Source: an uncultured virus (IMG/VR IMGVR_UViG_3300031525_000002)
Lineage: Duplodnaviria; Heunggongvirae; Uroviricota; Caudoviricetes
Direction: 5' to 3' (one strand)
Length of the DNA stretch: 64,000 nucleotides
IMG/VR virus record: IMGVR_UViG_3300031525_000002
Numbering within the stretch: the first letter of the stretch is position 1; each line of letters opens with the position of its first letter. The notes under the pieces were generated by a model. That model was given only the letters and a program-made list of their open reading frames with translations, was not told where the DNA came from and ran no database searches. A program made the translations under genes and the position numbers. This document shows, piece by piece, positions 29,286 to 39,353 of the stretch.

Positions 29286-30059
29286 ATGCCCTGGTTGATT
29301 GGAGGCGGTGTCCTCCTCGCAATCTTGCTCGGATCGAAGGGGACCACGAGCGTTCGGGCGACTATCGCTGCTCCGAGAGGTACGTCCGTCGCGCGCGCGG
29401 TGCCCGCTTGGCGCATCCCCAAGGCGGGTCAGTTGTACGAGTGGGTCAACTACTTCAGCGGTACAAGCTACGGGCCCGGTGACGGGATGAATTCCGCCGC
29501 CGTAGCGAACGCAGTGCACAGCGCTTGCGCTCGCGCCGCCCCCTCCGACATCACGCTTCTCACGCGGCTGGCGGCCGACCTTCAAATGGTCATCAACTTG
29601 AGTCCCGGACACGGAGGCGGCCCCACGGGTGGCATCCAAGGCGTTTCCCAAGCGCAGGCAACAAACTACCGCAACCAGGTGCTGTCGACCATCGCGCGCC
29701 TCAGCGCTGGCGGTCGGGTCGTGTCGACCACCGCCATTCGCGGTCCCGCATCGGTTCCCGTTGGGCACACGGCGTCCGGCGGTATCGTGTCGTACACGTA
29801 CACCGGCTCCGGTGGCTCCGCTCCAAGCGGCGGGGGCGGAGGCCCGTCGATGCCATCGATTCCGGGCGGGGGCAAGGGTGCCGAAGGTACCGATCCGCAG
29901 ACGGGGCTGCCATCGAGCGTCGCTCCGCCGTCAAGCGGCGACCCATACAACCAGTATCCGTCCGGCGGCTCAGGCGGCGCGGAGGGGTCCGGCGATCCGG
30001 GCGCGACCGACATTGGAGACCTCGACGACGGCCTGCCGTCGTCCGGAGACGTTGACTAG
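29286..30059 (+). CDS. N-anchored membrane protein (array)
   Basis: MPWLIGGGVLLAILL; WVNYFSG..Y..G..AVH domain shared with 27983. Confidence 0.75.
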   Translation: MPWLIGGGVLLAILLGSKGTTSVRATIAAPRGTSVARAVPAWRIPKAGQLYEWVNYFSGTSYGPGDGMNSAAVANAVHSACARAAPSDITLLTRLAADLQMVINLSPGHGGGPTGGIQGVSQAQATNYRNQVLSTIARLSAGGRVVSTTAIRGPASVPVGHTASGGIVSYTYTGSGGSAPSGGGGGPSMPSIPGGGKGAEGTDPQTGLPSSVAPPSSGDPYNQYPSGGSGGAEGSGDPGATDIGDLDDGLPSSGDVD

Positions 30060-30544
30060 TGTGGCCGTGGCTCGTGGGCGCCGGTGTCCTCGCGCTGCTC
30101 GCAACCTCGAGCAGTAAAGGCGCCACCGCGCCCGCGTACACGAGCAATACGTCGCAGCGCAATACGTCGCAGCGCAGCGCGTCCACGTCTCGCGCGGTAG
30201 CGACTACGGGTCCAAGCAACGTTCCGCTGACGGCCGCCAACATCCAGAAGGCGGCGGCCGTCGCGCTGGCGCAGGAAACGAACGTGTCGAACCTCGAGAC
30301 GTTCGGCAAGGCGCTCTACATTGCGAACTACGGCAGCCTCGGCGTGCCACTCATTGTCAAGGCGCTGCGGCTGAGTCGTCAGGCTGTCAACGTCGCCTCA
30401 ATTCTCAAGGTGCTCAACATCTACCAAGGCGTCGCGACCCCCGCGTGGCTCACGGCGGACATGCAGAAGTGGATGGGCGGAACGCCCGCTGTGACGACAT
30501 CGATGCCCGCGACCAAGACAACCAAGAAGAGAACGAGCGGCTGA
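30059..30544 (+). CDS. N-anchored membrane protein (array)
   Basis: MWPWLVGAGVLALLA. Confidence 0.7.
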   Translation: MWPWLVGAGVLALLATSSSKGATAPAYTSNTSQRNTSQRSASTSRAVATTGPSNVPLTAANIQKAAAVALAQETNVSNLETFGKALYIANYGSLGVPLIVKALRLSRQAVNVASILKVLNIYQGVATPAWLTADMQKWMGGTPAVTTSMPATKTTKKRTSG

Positions 30545-32034
30545 TGGCTACCAAGTTCACACTGCCGACTCCGGGCGACATCAACGGCCAAGTTGCAGCG
30601 GGCGGCAATCTCATCCGCTCGCTTGGGGCGAAGGACGCAGCGAGTCTCTCGGGTGCCGGCATCTCGCTTGCACACGCGTCGGGAGGTGGTGCCGGCGCCA
30701 TCCTCTCCGGTGCGGTGACGGCTGTAGGGGTCGGGGTTGCTGTCGAGACCGCTGCTGCTGCACTCGGTACGGCTGCCGCGGGGGCCGGAGCGTTCGCCGG
30801 TGCCATGTCAGGTCTCGCCGCGTGCGGTCCGTACGGAGCTGTCGCTGCCGCGGTCGTCACGTTCATCGTCACGCTCGTCAGCGCGTTTCAGAACAACTAC
30901 CAGGGCGTGAAGTACGTGTACCCCGACGAGGCCGCAGGGAGCGGACCGAATGCGCCTTCTGTCACCATTGCACAGCGGATAGCGAGTTGGCCGTATGCGA
31001 CTCCCCAAGGCAACATCGACTCGTACGGCGATTCCCCTGGTTACACGCTGGCGCAGTATCTGTCGGTCGCGTACCCGCCGAAAACAACACGACGTCCTTC
31101 GCTCGCGCTCCACCTCATGCAGCAGGTGGCGATGGACGTGCTCGTGGAGGGAATCATCGGTCAGAACCAGATCACGAGCGGTGACATCGCGGCGATCGCC
31201 GCATCCTCGAACCCGCTTGTCCAGTGCGGCGTGTGCAAGGCCGGTGCGCCAGGGATGCCGGCGCTACCCTGGGCGGCAGTGGGTTCAGGACCTGCGCTAG
31301 GGAGCCCGAACGCGCAAGCCAGCGTGAGCCCTTCGGTGTTCATGTCGCCTGCGGGATGGGGCAACAACGAGGGATGCCAGGCCGTTGCAGCAATGATGCT
31401 CTGGCACTGGGTGGACTGGCACAACATCAACCCCAACAACAGCACCGGCAGCAATGGGCCGCAAACGTACCCGTACAACCTCTACGCGTACGACATCACG
31501 ACCGGCATCGGAAAGCTCTCGTCATCTTTCCTCATGCAAAAGCTGAAGAACACGATGCACCCGCTCTCGTCCAAGCTGAGCAGTTCGGCTTGCCTTGCTC
31601 GAGCGTTGCAGCGCGCGCCCGACCCACTCTTCTTCGATGCCGACCTCTATGGGTGTACGCCCAATCACTCGTACACGCTTTACTACAACGTCGACCTCGC
31701 GAACGCGCTGGTGACGGTCTGCATGATGCTGCAAGCCGGCATCTGCACGCAGGGCATCGTGTCGGAACTCCTCGTGCAGGCGAACGTGCTTGCGATGGGC
31801 AACGTGATGAACAAGGGGCCCGGTAGCGTCGCTAACGTGTCCGCTGGTTTTCGGGCGCTCCTCGACGATTACACGGCTCTCGCCATTGCCGAGAACAAGG
31901 ACCCTCACGCGACGATGGCGTCAGTCATCTCCGCCTACCCGAGCGGATTTGCAGGTCGGTCGCCGTCGCCTACCCCGACCGCTCCGAGTCCGCTGCAGCA
32001 CTGGGTCAACCTCTACGTTGCCGGCCACTCGTGA
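30544..32034 (+). CDS. Large protein with Gly/Ala-rich hydrophobic N-terminal region, possibly DNA delivery/membrane penetration
   Basis: Long hydrophobic stretch ending GPYGAVAAAVVTFIVTLVSAF; function inferred. Confidence 0.5.
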   Translation: MATKFTLPTPGDINGQVAAGGNLIRSLGAKDAASLSGAGISLAHASGGGAGAILSGAVTAVGVGVAVETAAAALGTAAAGAGAFAGAMSGLAACGPYGAVAAAVVTFIVTLVSAFQNNYQGVKYVYPDEAAGSGPNAPSVTIAQRIASWPYATPQGNIDSYGDSPGYTLAQYLSVAYPPKTTRRPSLALHLMQQVAMDVLVEGIIGQNQITSGDIAAIAASSNPLVQCGVCKAGAPGMPALPWAAVGSGPALGSPNAQASVSPSVFMSPAGWGNNEGCQAVAAMMLWHWVDWHNINPNNSTGSNGPQTYPYNLYAYDITTGIGKLSSSFLMQKLKNTMHPLSSKLSSSACLARALQRAPDPLFFDADLYGCTPNHSYTLYYNVDLANALVTVCMMLQAGICTQGIVSELLVQANVLAMGNVMNKGPGSVANVSAGFRALLDDYTALAIAENKDPHATMASVISAYPSGFAGRSPSPTPTAPSPLQHWVNLYVAGHS

Positions 32035-32248
32035 GCGGCCTCCAAGCCGTCCCCTTCGCCGAGCGCGAGGCGCGCGCGTCCAAGCGCGGCTACTGGCGCG
32101 TCTCGTCACCTGACGGGGTCCTCTTCGGCACGTCTCCGTCGACCGAGGCGGCCGACAAGCTTGCGCTCGCCCTGGGGTGCCCGGTGACGATCACGCCGCC
32201 CGGCAAGAGGCGGAAGCGTACGAGGTGTGATACGACGGGGACGGCACC

Positions 32249-32674
32249 ATGAGCTTGCTCGGTCGCAGCGCGGCAGTGACTACCCCGAAGCGGGACTACG
32301 TCAGTGATTGGCGGAAGGCCGGTCGTTACTGGGTCCATCGGTACTCGATTCTGACGACCGACCGGGTCATCTACGCGTGCTTCGAGCTCGGGAAGCAGGG
32401 ATGGGCGCTGCATGGGGCTCCCAGCAGCACGCACTCGTCGTGGATGACCGGTCCGGACGGGCAGTCACTCGGAACGGTCACGAGCCGCTCCGTACCCAAG
32501 CACATCGACCGCATCCACGTCGGCCCGAAGCGATGGGCCGCGCTCGACAAGTGGCGCGCGCGCCTCGAGCGCATCTGCTACTCCGCGATTCGGCAGGCGT
32601 ACCCCGAGAGTCGGATGGGGGAGAGGCGGCACGGGGAGGTGGAGATGGGCTTAGCGGACGTGAGGCGAGGGTGA
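32249..32674 (+). CDS. Small basic protein with MSLLG tag
   Basis: MSLLGRS; coupled start. Confidence 0.65.
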   Translation: MSLLGRSAAVTTPKRDYVSDWRKAGRYWVHRYSILTTDRVIYACFELGKQGWALHGAPSSTHSSWMTGPDGQSLGTVTSRSVPKHIDRIHVGPKRWAALDKWRARLERICYSAIRQAYPESRMGERRHGEVEMGLADVRRG

Positions 32675-32675
32675 C

Positions 32676-33571
32676 ATGGCGCGGACGACCACGAAGTTCA
32701 ACATCTACATCAACCACCGCACCCCGTCGGGCGACTACACGACCAGCGTGCACTGTGTGAAGGTCGTCGGCGCCACCCGCGTCGACGGTCCTTCCGTCAC
32801 CTACGCGGCGGCGAAGCACTTCCACGTTCACTCGGACCGCGTCCTTGCGCTGCCGACGCCTCGGGACCCCATCGACGCGCGACGGAAGGTAGAGGCGACG
32901 CTCGTGCTCCCAGACCCGTTCGCGAAGTCGTCCAAGCTCATCGGAGGAGGCCACTGATGGCGAACATGCGCGTGAAGCACCAAGTCGAGAAGATCTCCAA
33001 CGAACTCGACCGCCTCGTCAACTACGTGCGGCAGTACAGCGGCATCTCCGAGACGGACGCCCGGTACATCGACACGATCGCGGGGGAGATCGCCGTGCAG
33101 GCATCGCGGCTTGCCGCCGAGGCGCGCGCGAAGATCGGAAACCGTAGCGCTGCTACGGTGACGAAGAACGTTCGCAAGGCACTCGGGTACACGTACCCCT
33201 GAGGAGACGACCATGGCCAAGAAGCGCAAGAAGCCTCTCACCGCACTCGTCACCGTGTGTCTCAAGATTTGCAGGAAGATCCGCGTGAAGCGCAAGGGCA
33301 GGCGCTGATGCTCATCGGCGAGAAGCGCAGCCGTCCGACCGAACCCACCACGCCAGCCTCCACGCGCGAGCGCATCCGCACGACCGTCGAGCAGATCAAG
33401 ACGCTCGCGCGCGACCTCGAGCTCGTCGCCGACACCCTGCCCGATGGTGACGCGCTCTCGCTCCGAGAGTTCTGCGACTCCGTCATCGACGCGGCGTCCG
33501 CGCTCGAGGCCGAGTCCAAACTGCTCGACGGTGCGCCGCCTGTGACGGAGCCGGAGCCAACGCCTGCGTGA
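32676..33571 (+). other. Four small CDSs (32676..32957, 32957..33202, 33213..33308, 33308..33571)
   Basis: Coupled starts and stops; the first ends KLIGGGH, the last starts MLIGE. Confidence 0.6.
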
Positions 33572-33770
33572 ACGCGCTCGCCCTCTGGCTCCTGATTGGC
33601 GTCGTCGCGACCTGTCTCGAGGTCTGGGGCGCGCTCCGTCAGCAGCCCGAGGTCTTGCGTCAGTACGCGGAGGCGTCGCCCGGTGGCGTCGCAGTGCTTC
33701 TCACGGTCTTCGTGCTCGGCGGACCCTTGACGCTGGCGGGCTCCCTCGCTAGCGCTTTCCCGAGGCGAGA

Positions 33771-34646
33771 ATGATCGACGTACCCAAAGAGATTCGTGAC
33801 GGCTCCCTGCTCTGCATCGTCAGCGTGAGCGGCGGCAAAGATTCCACTGCGTGCGCGCTGGCGCTCCGCGAGGCGGACGTGCCCTTCCGCATGGTCTTCG
33901 CCGACACCGGGTGGGAGGCGAAAGAGACGTACGAGCATCTGGACCACCTTCGCGCGAAGATCGGCCCCATCGATGTCGTCGGCGTCGAAGGGGGCATGGT
34001 GGCCAAGATCCGCCACCGAGCTGGCTTTCCCGCGCGGATGCAGCGGTGGTGCACGCGCGAGCTCAAGCTGCAACCGCTCCGCGAGTACCACGACGCGCAG
34101 GAGGCGGACCGCGAGACGGTGTCGGTCGTCGGCATCCGCGCGGCCGAGAGCGAGGCCCGGTCGAAGTTCCTCCCGTGGGAGGACGACGAGATGTGGGGCG
34201 GCTGGATGTGGCGGCCGATCCTCACATGGTCCATCGAGGACGTGCTCGCCATTCATCACCGTCACGGGGTCGACGTGAACCCCCTCTACAAGTACGGTCA
34301 CGACCGCGTCGGGTGCTACCCGTGCATCTACGCCAACAAAGAGGAGGTGCGCCTCGTGGCGGAGTACGCCCCCGAGCGCATCGCGGTCATCCGGGATCTC
34401 GAGCGCGAGTGCGAGGCGCTGCGCGTCGAGCGCAACGCGGTGACGCCCGGACGCTACGGTCACGCGGTCGCGTCGTACTTTCAGACCCGAGCCCCCAACG
34501 CCGGCCCCATGCACATCGACGACGTCGTCGCGTGGTCGAAGACGACGCACGGCGGCCGCCAGCTCCCGCTCCTCGGTCCCGCGCCCGATGGGGGGTGCTT
34601 CCGCTGGGGGATGTGTGAACCGCCCACGACGGAGAAGGTCGCGTGA
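33771..34646 (+). CDS. Phosphoadenosine phosphosulfate reductase (PP-loop) family protein
   Basis: VSVSGGKDS, FADTGWE, WCTRELK, GIRAAES..R, RPILTW, NPLY..G.DRVGCYPC. Confidence 0.9.
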   Translation: MIDVPKEIRDGSLLCIVSVSGGKDSTACALALREADVPFRMVFADTGWEAKETYEHLDHLRAKIGPIDVVGVEGGMVAKIRHRAGFPARMQRWCTRELKLQPLREYHDAQEADRETVSVVGIRAAESEARSKFLPWEDDEMWGGWMWRPILTWSIEDVLAIHHRHGVDVNPLYKYGHDRVGCYPCIYANKEEVRLVAEYAPERIAVIRDLERECEALRVERNAVTPGRYGHAVASYFQTRAPNAGPMHIDDVVAWSKTTHGGRQLPLLGPAPDGGCFRWGMCEPPTTEKVA

Positions 34647-35756
34647 AGGTCCAAAAGCTCTGGGTCGTCCGCGACCCCACCCGTCACTCGGAGATGGGCG
34701 ACATCCTCTTCTCGGTGACAGCCGCCGAGCTCCCTCGCGTCATCCTCGGCACGAGCCTCGGCACGTGGGTCGGTGAGCACACTACGCTCTACACGACCCG
34801 TTTCGAGGCGCAGGTGGACGCCTCCGGGCGGATGATGCGGATGTGGGGGCGGATCGGGCGTAAGGCTGGCCGTGAAGGGTTCGCCGCTGGCGTCAATGCC
34901 TCGCGGGCGGCACGGGCGATCATCGGGGGACGGTCATGAGCCTTCTTCTTGGTCGCGAGCCGCCCATGTACGTCGTCGACATCGGCGTGGATGCTGTCGA
35001 CTACAGCACCAAGGCGGCTGCGGTCTCAGCCGCTCGCAAGATTGTACGCGAGGAGCATGAGGCCGCTCGGGTGTACCTCGTCACCGAGACCGGGCGGCAG
35101 TGGATTTGCGGCTTCCGTCACCGTGACGGCCGCGTCCAAGAGGTGCCCGCGGCACTCGTCGCGAGCATGCCGGAGTTTCAGCGATGACCCTCATCGGCCG
35201 CCAGCGCGTCGCCACCCTCCACAAGCGGGCTCGGTCCGCTGCCGTGGAGCGTCGCGCGCAGGCGCGCGTCTTCTACGAGTCGAAGGAGGGTCTCCTCGGC
35301 GAGGGGTGGTGGGTCAGCACCGAGAGCGGCGACCCCAAGCGCGCCTTTGCGACGAAAGGTGAGGCACTCGAGTACGCCCGGGAGTATGAAGAGGACGTAC
35401 GATACCGCTACTAGGACTGCGTGATGGCGCGTCCCGTGACGATGAGTGCTGCGGCTGCGATTGGTTATGTCCCTCCCCATCCGGATCGGACGGCGTACCG
35501 CAATGCGGGTGGCGGCATGAATTTCGACCTGGTGTTTCGCGAATGGCCTTCACGCGCCGCCATGGTCAAGACCATCGAGATGCAGGGACGGCGCGAGTCA
35601 CGCAACGACGACTGGCACGACTGGTCACGCTCGCGGTACGCCAAGCGCACCAACTTCGACCTCGGCATCTGCCCGTGCAAGTGTCACTGCGGTCCGATCT
35701 GCGACCACAAGACATGCCCGTGCGCGGAGTGCGTCGAGGCAAGGCCGAGGCGCTAG
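34643..35756 (+). other. Four small CDSs (34643..34939, 34936..35187, 35184..35414, 35421..35756)
   Basis: 4-bp overlaps; starts MSLLLGR and MTLIGR. Confidence 0.6.
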
Positions 35757-35798
35757 TAGCACCCACATCTGCGGCAAAACCTGATAGGCTTTCGATCC

Positions 35799-36545
35799 AT
35801 GAGCTTGATCGGCCGCAAGCCCCCAACGCCAGCCGAGCTCGACCCGCTCGGCTACTGGTCGAAGCCGAAGCCAGCGCCGACCCTCGGGGCGTACATGGCT
35901 GGTCCGACCGCCGAGATTCGCCCCGTCAAGGTCGCGGGCGGCTACGTACCGTCGAAGCCAGCAGGCAAGTGGGTCGAGACGTTCCCGCACCTGCCCGGCA
36001 ACGCGCGGAGCGAGCACTTCGTCCCATCGCGTCCTCTGTCGCCCGGCCTCGACATGCCCCGAGGAGGCTACGACTCGGGGGTCATCGGGCCGTTCCCAGG
36101 CCCACGGACCCCCCGCCAGCTTCGCAGCTCGGTGGCGAAGGCGAAGAAGTCCGCGCGCATCTACGCCCCCGCCGTGCACCCGAAGTACGGACCGGCGAAG
36201 TACGACCTCCACACCATCGTCGTCCCCGGCAAGCGCGTCACCATCGTCGGCATCCTGCCTCCGGGACACCGCTACATCGGCCCCAAGCACGAGGTGAACA
36301 CGCGTCCCATGCAGATTCGTCGCGTGTTCCGTATGGGTGACGTGGCGCTCACGCACGGACACAACCTCGACTACATGGGGCGCATTCGCGGCATCACGGC
36401 GAAGCAGGTCAAGGTCGTCGAGCACGAGGGGATGGGCACGGGTCGTGACAAGGTGTTCCACATGTCGCTGTACGACTTCGCGGAGAAGAACGCGTTCTTC
36501 GACGAGGAGAAGAGTCGCAAGCGCAACGCGGAGTGGACAGACTGA
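35799..36545 (+). CDS. Basic Pro-rich protein with MSLIG tag
   Basis: MSLIGRKPP. Confidence 0.65.
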   Translation: MSLIGRKPPTPAELDPLGYWSKPKPAPTLGAYMAGPTAEIRPVKVAGGYVPSKPAGKWVETFPHLPGNARSEHFVPSRPLSPGLDMPRGGYDSGVIGPFPGPRTPRQLRSSVAKAKKSARIYAPAVHPKYGPAKYDLHTIVVPGKRVTIVGILPPGHRYIGPKHEVNTRPMQIRRVFRMGDVALTHGHNLDYMGRIRGITAKQVKVVEHEGMGTGRDKVFHMSLYDFAEKNAFFDEEKSRKRNAEWTD

Positions 36546-36940
36546 TGGCGCTCATCGGACGCGAACACGAGGCACCGGATCCGAAGGTCTACCTCTCCTT
36601 CTCGGGGGGGCGGTACCGCGTCATCGACCAGGGTATGGCCGTCTCTCGAGACGCTCCGACTGCGCAGGAGGCGCTCGCGAACGTCGCACGCTTCAATCTC
36701 AAGGTCTCCGACCGCATGTGGGATGGCGACGCCGGGCGCTGGGTCATGCGAGGTTACGGCATCCCCATCGCCTTACGCTCCGTCGACCCCGTCGAGGGGC
36801 GCTCGGTCGGCATCGCGCGCGACGAAGGCGGCTACACGGCACTGACGAACGTGGAGTCGAAGCACTTCAAGCGGGAGGCGGCTGCGAGGCGCTGGCTCGC
36901 CAAGCGCGGTTACAACGCTGACGGCACGAGGATCCGATGA
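36545..36940 (+). CDS. MALIG-tagged protein with C-terminal DUF1391-like domain
   Basis: GGYTALTNVESKHFKREAAARRWLAKRG resembles DUF1391. Confidence 0.6.
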   Translation: MALIGREHEAPDPKVYLSFSGGRYRVIDQGMAVSRDAPTAQEALANVARFNLKVSDRMWDGDAGRWVMRGYGIPIALRSVDPVEGRSVGIARDEGGYTALTNVESKHFKREAAARRWLAKRGYNADGTRIR

Positions 36941-38947
36941 GCCTCCTCAGCGCCTCCAAGCCGTCCCGCACCTCTTGGGCAGGCACCGACGCCATCGACC
37001 GCGAGTTCCACAACGTTCGCGAGCCGCTCGTCAGCATCTACCTCGACGGCATTCAAGGCATCTCCAAGCCCGTGCCAGACAACGCGCATCGCCTCTACCC
37101 GCGTGACCGCGCCGAGGCGGCCATCGAGAAGGCTCGCAAGACCCTCCGGTGGATGGAGGAGCAGAAGCCCGCCCCGCGCGGACGCACGAGGCGCTACCAA
37201 GAGCACACCGTGACCGAGCTTCGTCGCCTCCTCGGACAGGCGGAGGCGGTCTACCGGGGTGGCCCGCAGAAGATGGACGCTTCGTCGTATCGCGCGTACC
37301 GCGCATCACTAGGAGTCCGCTGATGAGCCTGCTGAAGCGCACGACCCGCCTCGACGACCTCAAGGCGTCGCTGCCAAAGGGTATCTCCGTGCACACCTAC
37401 TCGCCGGGTGACGGTCAGACGCGATACCGGTTCTTCCGCAACGCTCCCGCAGGCCAGACGTACTACGGCCCGGACAACGGCATCTTCACTGCGCTGGGCA
37501 TGAAGGAGGCGGTGACATACGCGCGTGGGCTCGCGCCCGTGGCGTTCAGTCACAGCGCTCTTCCGGGTGGCGCCATTGCGCGCGAACTCCGTGGTCGCGG
37601 CTGGGACTACTGGAAGGCGCAGCCGACGCTCGAGAGCGGCCACTTCGACAACAAGGTGTACGACGACGGGACGTTCCGCGTCTGGGTGACGCGCACCACA
37701 CCGGAGGACTACGGGAGCCGCAGCGCGTGGCTCAAGGAGCGCCTCACCATCGAGCAACGCACCGCAGACGGCTGGAGGAGCACATGATTCTCGAGACCAT
37801 CCCCGTAGTTTTCATGATCGGCGCGCTCGTGTACGCGCTCTCCGGCAACCCGAAGGTCGCCGAGCTGGGCAAGCTTGCGTACTTCGCCGGCATGCTCGTC
37901 GCGCTCTTCGGCTGGGCGCACGTCGGTGGTATCCGCGTGCTGCCGTGAGCCTGCTCGGGCCGAAGTATTACGAGCGTCACAAGCTCGCGAACTGGAACGT
38001 TCAGCCGAGCGTGCTCCTCGCGAAGGACGCTCGCCTCACGAGGCGCGTCTTCCCCGAGCTCAGCAAGGCCGACCACCTGCGGCTCGCGGAGGAGTACGCG
38101 AAGAAGGCGGGGGAGGCGCGTCGCAGCTACTACAAGGCTCTCGACGCGGCGATCAAGAAGTACGGTGACGTGAAGGGTCCGTACGTTTCTGGCATCTACA
38201 ACCCAGACTTCCCGGAGACGGTGAAGAACCGTCTTCGCAACCTCGCGTCCGCGCCGGGTGAACTGAGTGACGCGTCCGTTGCGCACTGGGTGGCCGCCGG
38301 CAAGCGGACGCCGTGGCGCGATTCGCCGCTACAGGCGATGTCGGGGGTCCGATGAGCCTCATCGGCGGCTGCAGCGCCTCCTGCGCGTGCGCGAAGTGCT
38401 CCGGATTCCACCGCGGCCAGGACGTGGCGTTCCGCACCACGACGGGCACGGAGTTCGGCCACGTCGCCGGCTTCGAAGGCGACTACGTCATGGTGCGTTG
38501 GGTCGGCACGAAGGTCGTCACGGGGGTGACGCCGGGACGGCTGCGCGGGCTTCCGCCGGGTCACGCGGGACGGGTGCCCGATGACCTGCATCGCAAGGGC
38601 ACGAGGCGCGCATGAGCCTCATCGGCCCGAAGTGCGGCCCCTCCTGCGCCTGCAAGGGGTGCCGGTCTACCTCGCCGTACGGGCGCATCCAGCGTGCGGG
38701 TCGCGCTGCAGGCGTCCGTAGCGAGCCTGAACCGAAGTTCGGCTACGACGACATCGTCTCGTGGGAGACCGGGTTCGGTTCGGTGTCGTCGTCGGCGTCC
38801 CTAGGTCGAGCCCGCGGCAAGATCTCCTTCATCGGGTCCTACGACGACGTCATCAAGGGCTACCGCTACAAGGTTCTCGAGCCGGACGGTACGCGCCTCT
38901 ACCACAACGAGGGGTCGCTACGACTCGTGCGACGAGCCACGCGATGA
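36937..38947 (+). other. Six small CDSs (36937..37323, 37323..37787, 37784..37948, 37945..38355, 38352..38615, 38612..38947)
   Basis: All overlap-coupled; five start MSL[LI]; 37784 is a small 2-TM protein. Confidence 0.65.
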
Positions 38948-39113
38948 CCATCGAGCACCGCCGCTACTGCGGCACCCTCGAGCACTGCCCGGTCTGCACG
39001 CCGACCGTCGGCCACAACAAAGAGACCCACACTTGGTTCGTGTGGAAGGTCGGTCCCGCCTGCTCCCATTTGGAGTGCAGCGAATGCGGTACGCCCTACG
39101 GGGGCGTGGAGAC

Positions 39114-39353
39114 GCCATGCGATGCCGTCGAGGCGACGGATGACCCGGCGGTCCTGCGGGTGCGTCGCTTGGAGGCGGCTCGCCTCCGAAGGCTCCATCA
39201 GGGACGGTCCACCTCAAGCGAGGTATGATCATGGCCATGCGATGCCGTCGAGGCGACGGATGACCCGGCGGTCCTGCGGGTGCGTCGCTTGGAGGCGGCT
39301 CGCCTCCGAAGGCTCCATCAGGGACGGTCCACCTCAAGCGAGGTATGATCATG
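39114..39353. repeat. Exact 120-bp tandem duplication
   Basis: 39114..39233 is identical to 39234..39353. Confidence 0.95.

Noticed and set aside
33771..34646. Complete Dnd/Ssp phosphorothioation system
   Set aside because: No partner genes recognised
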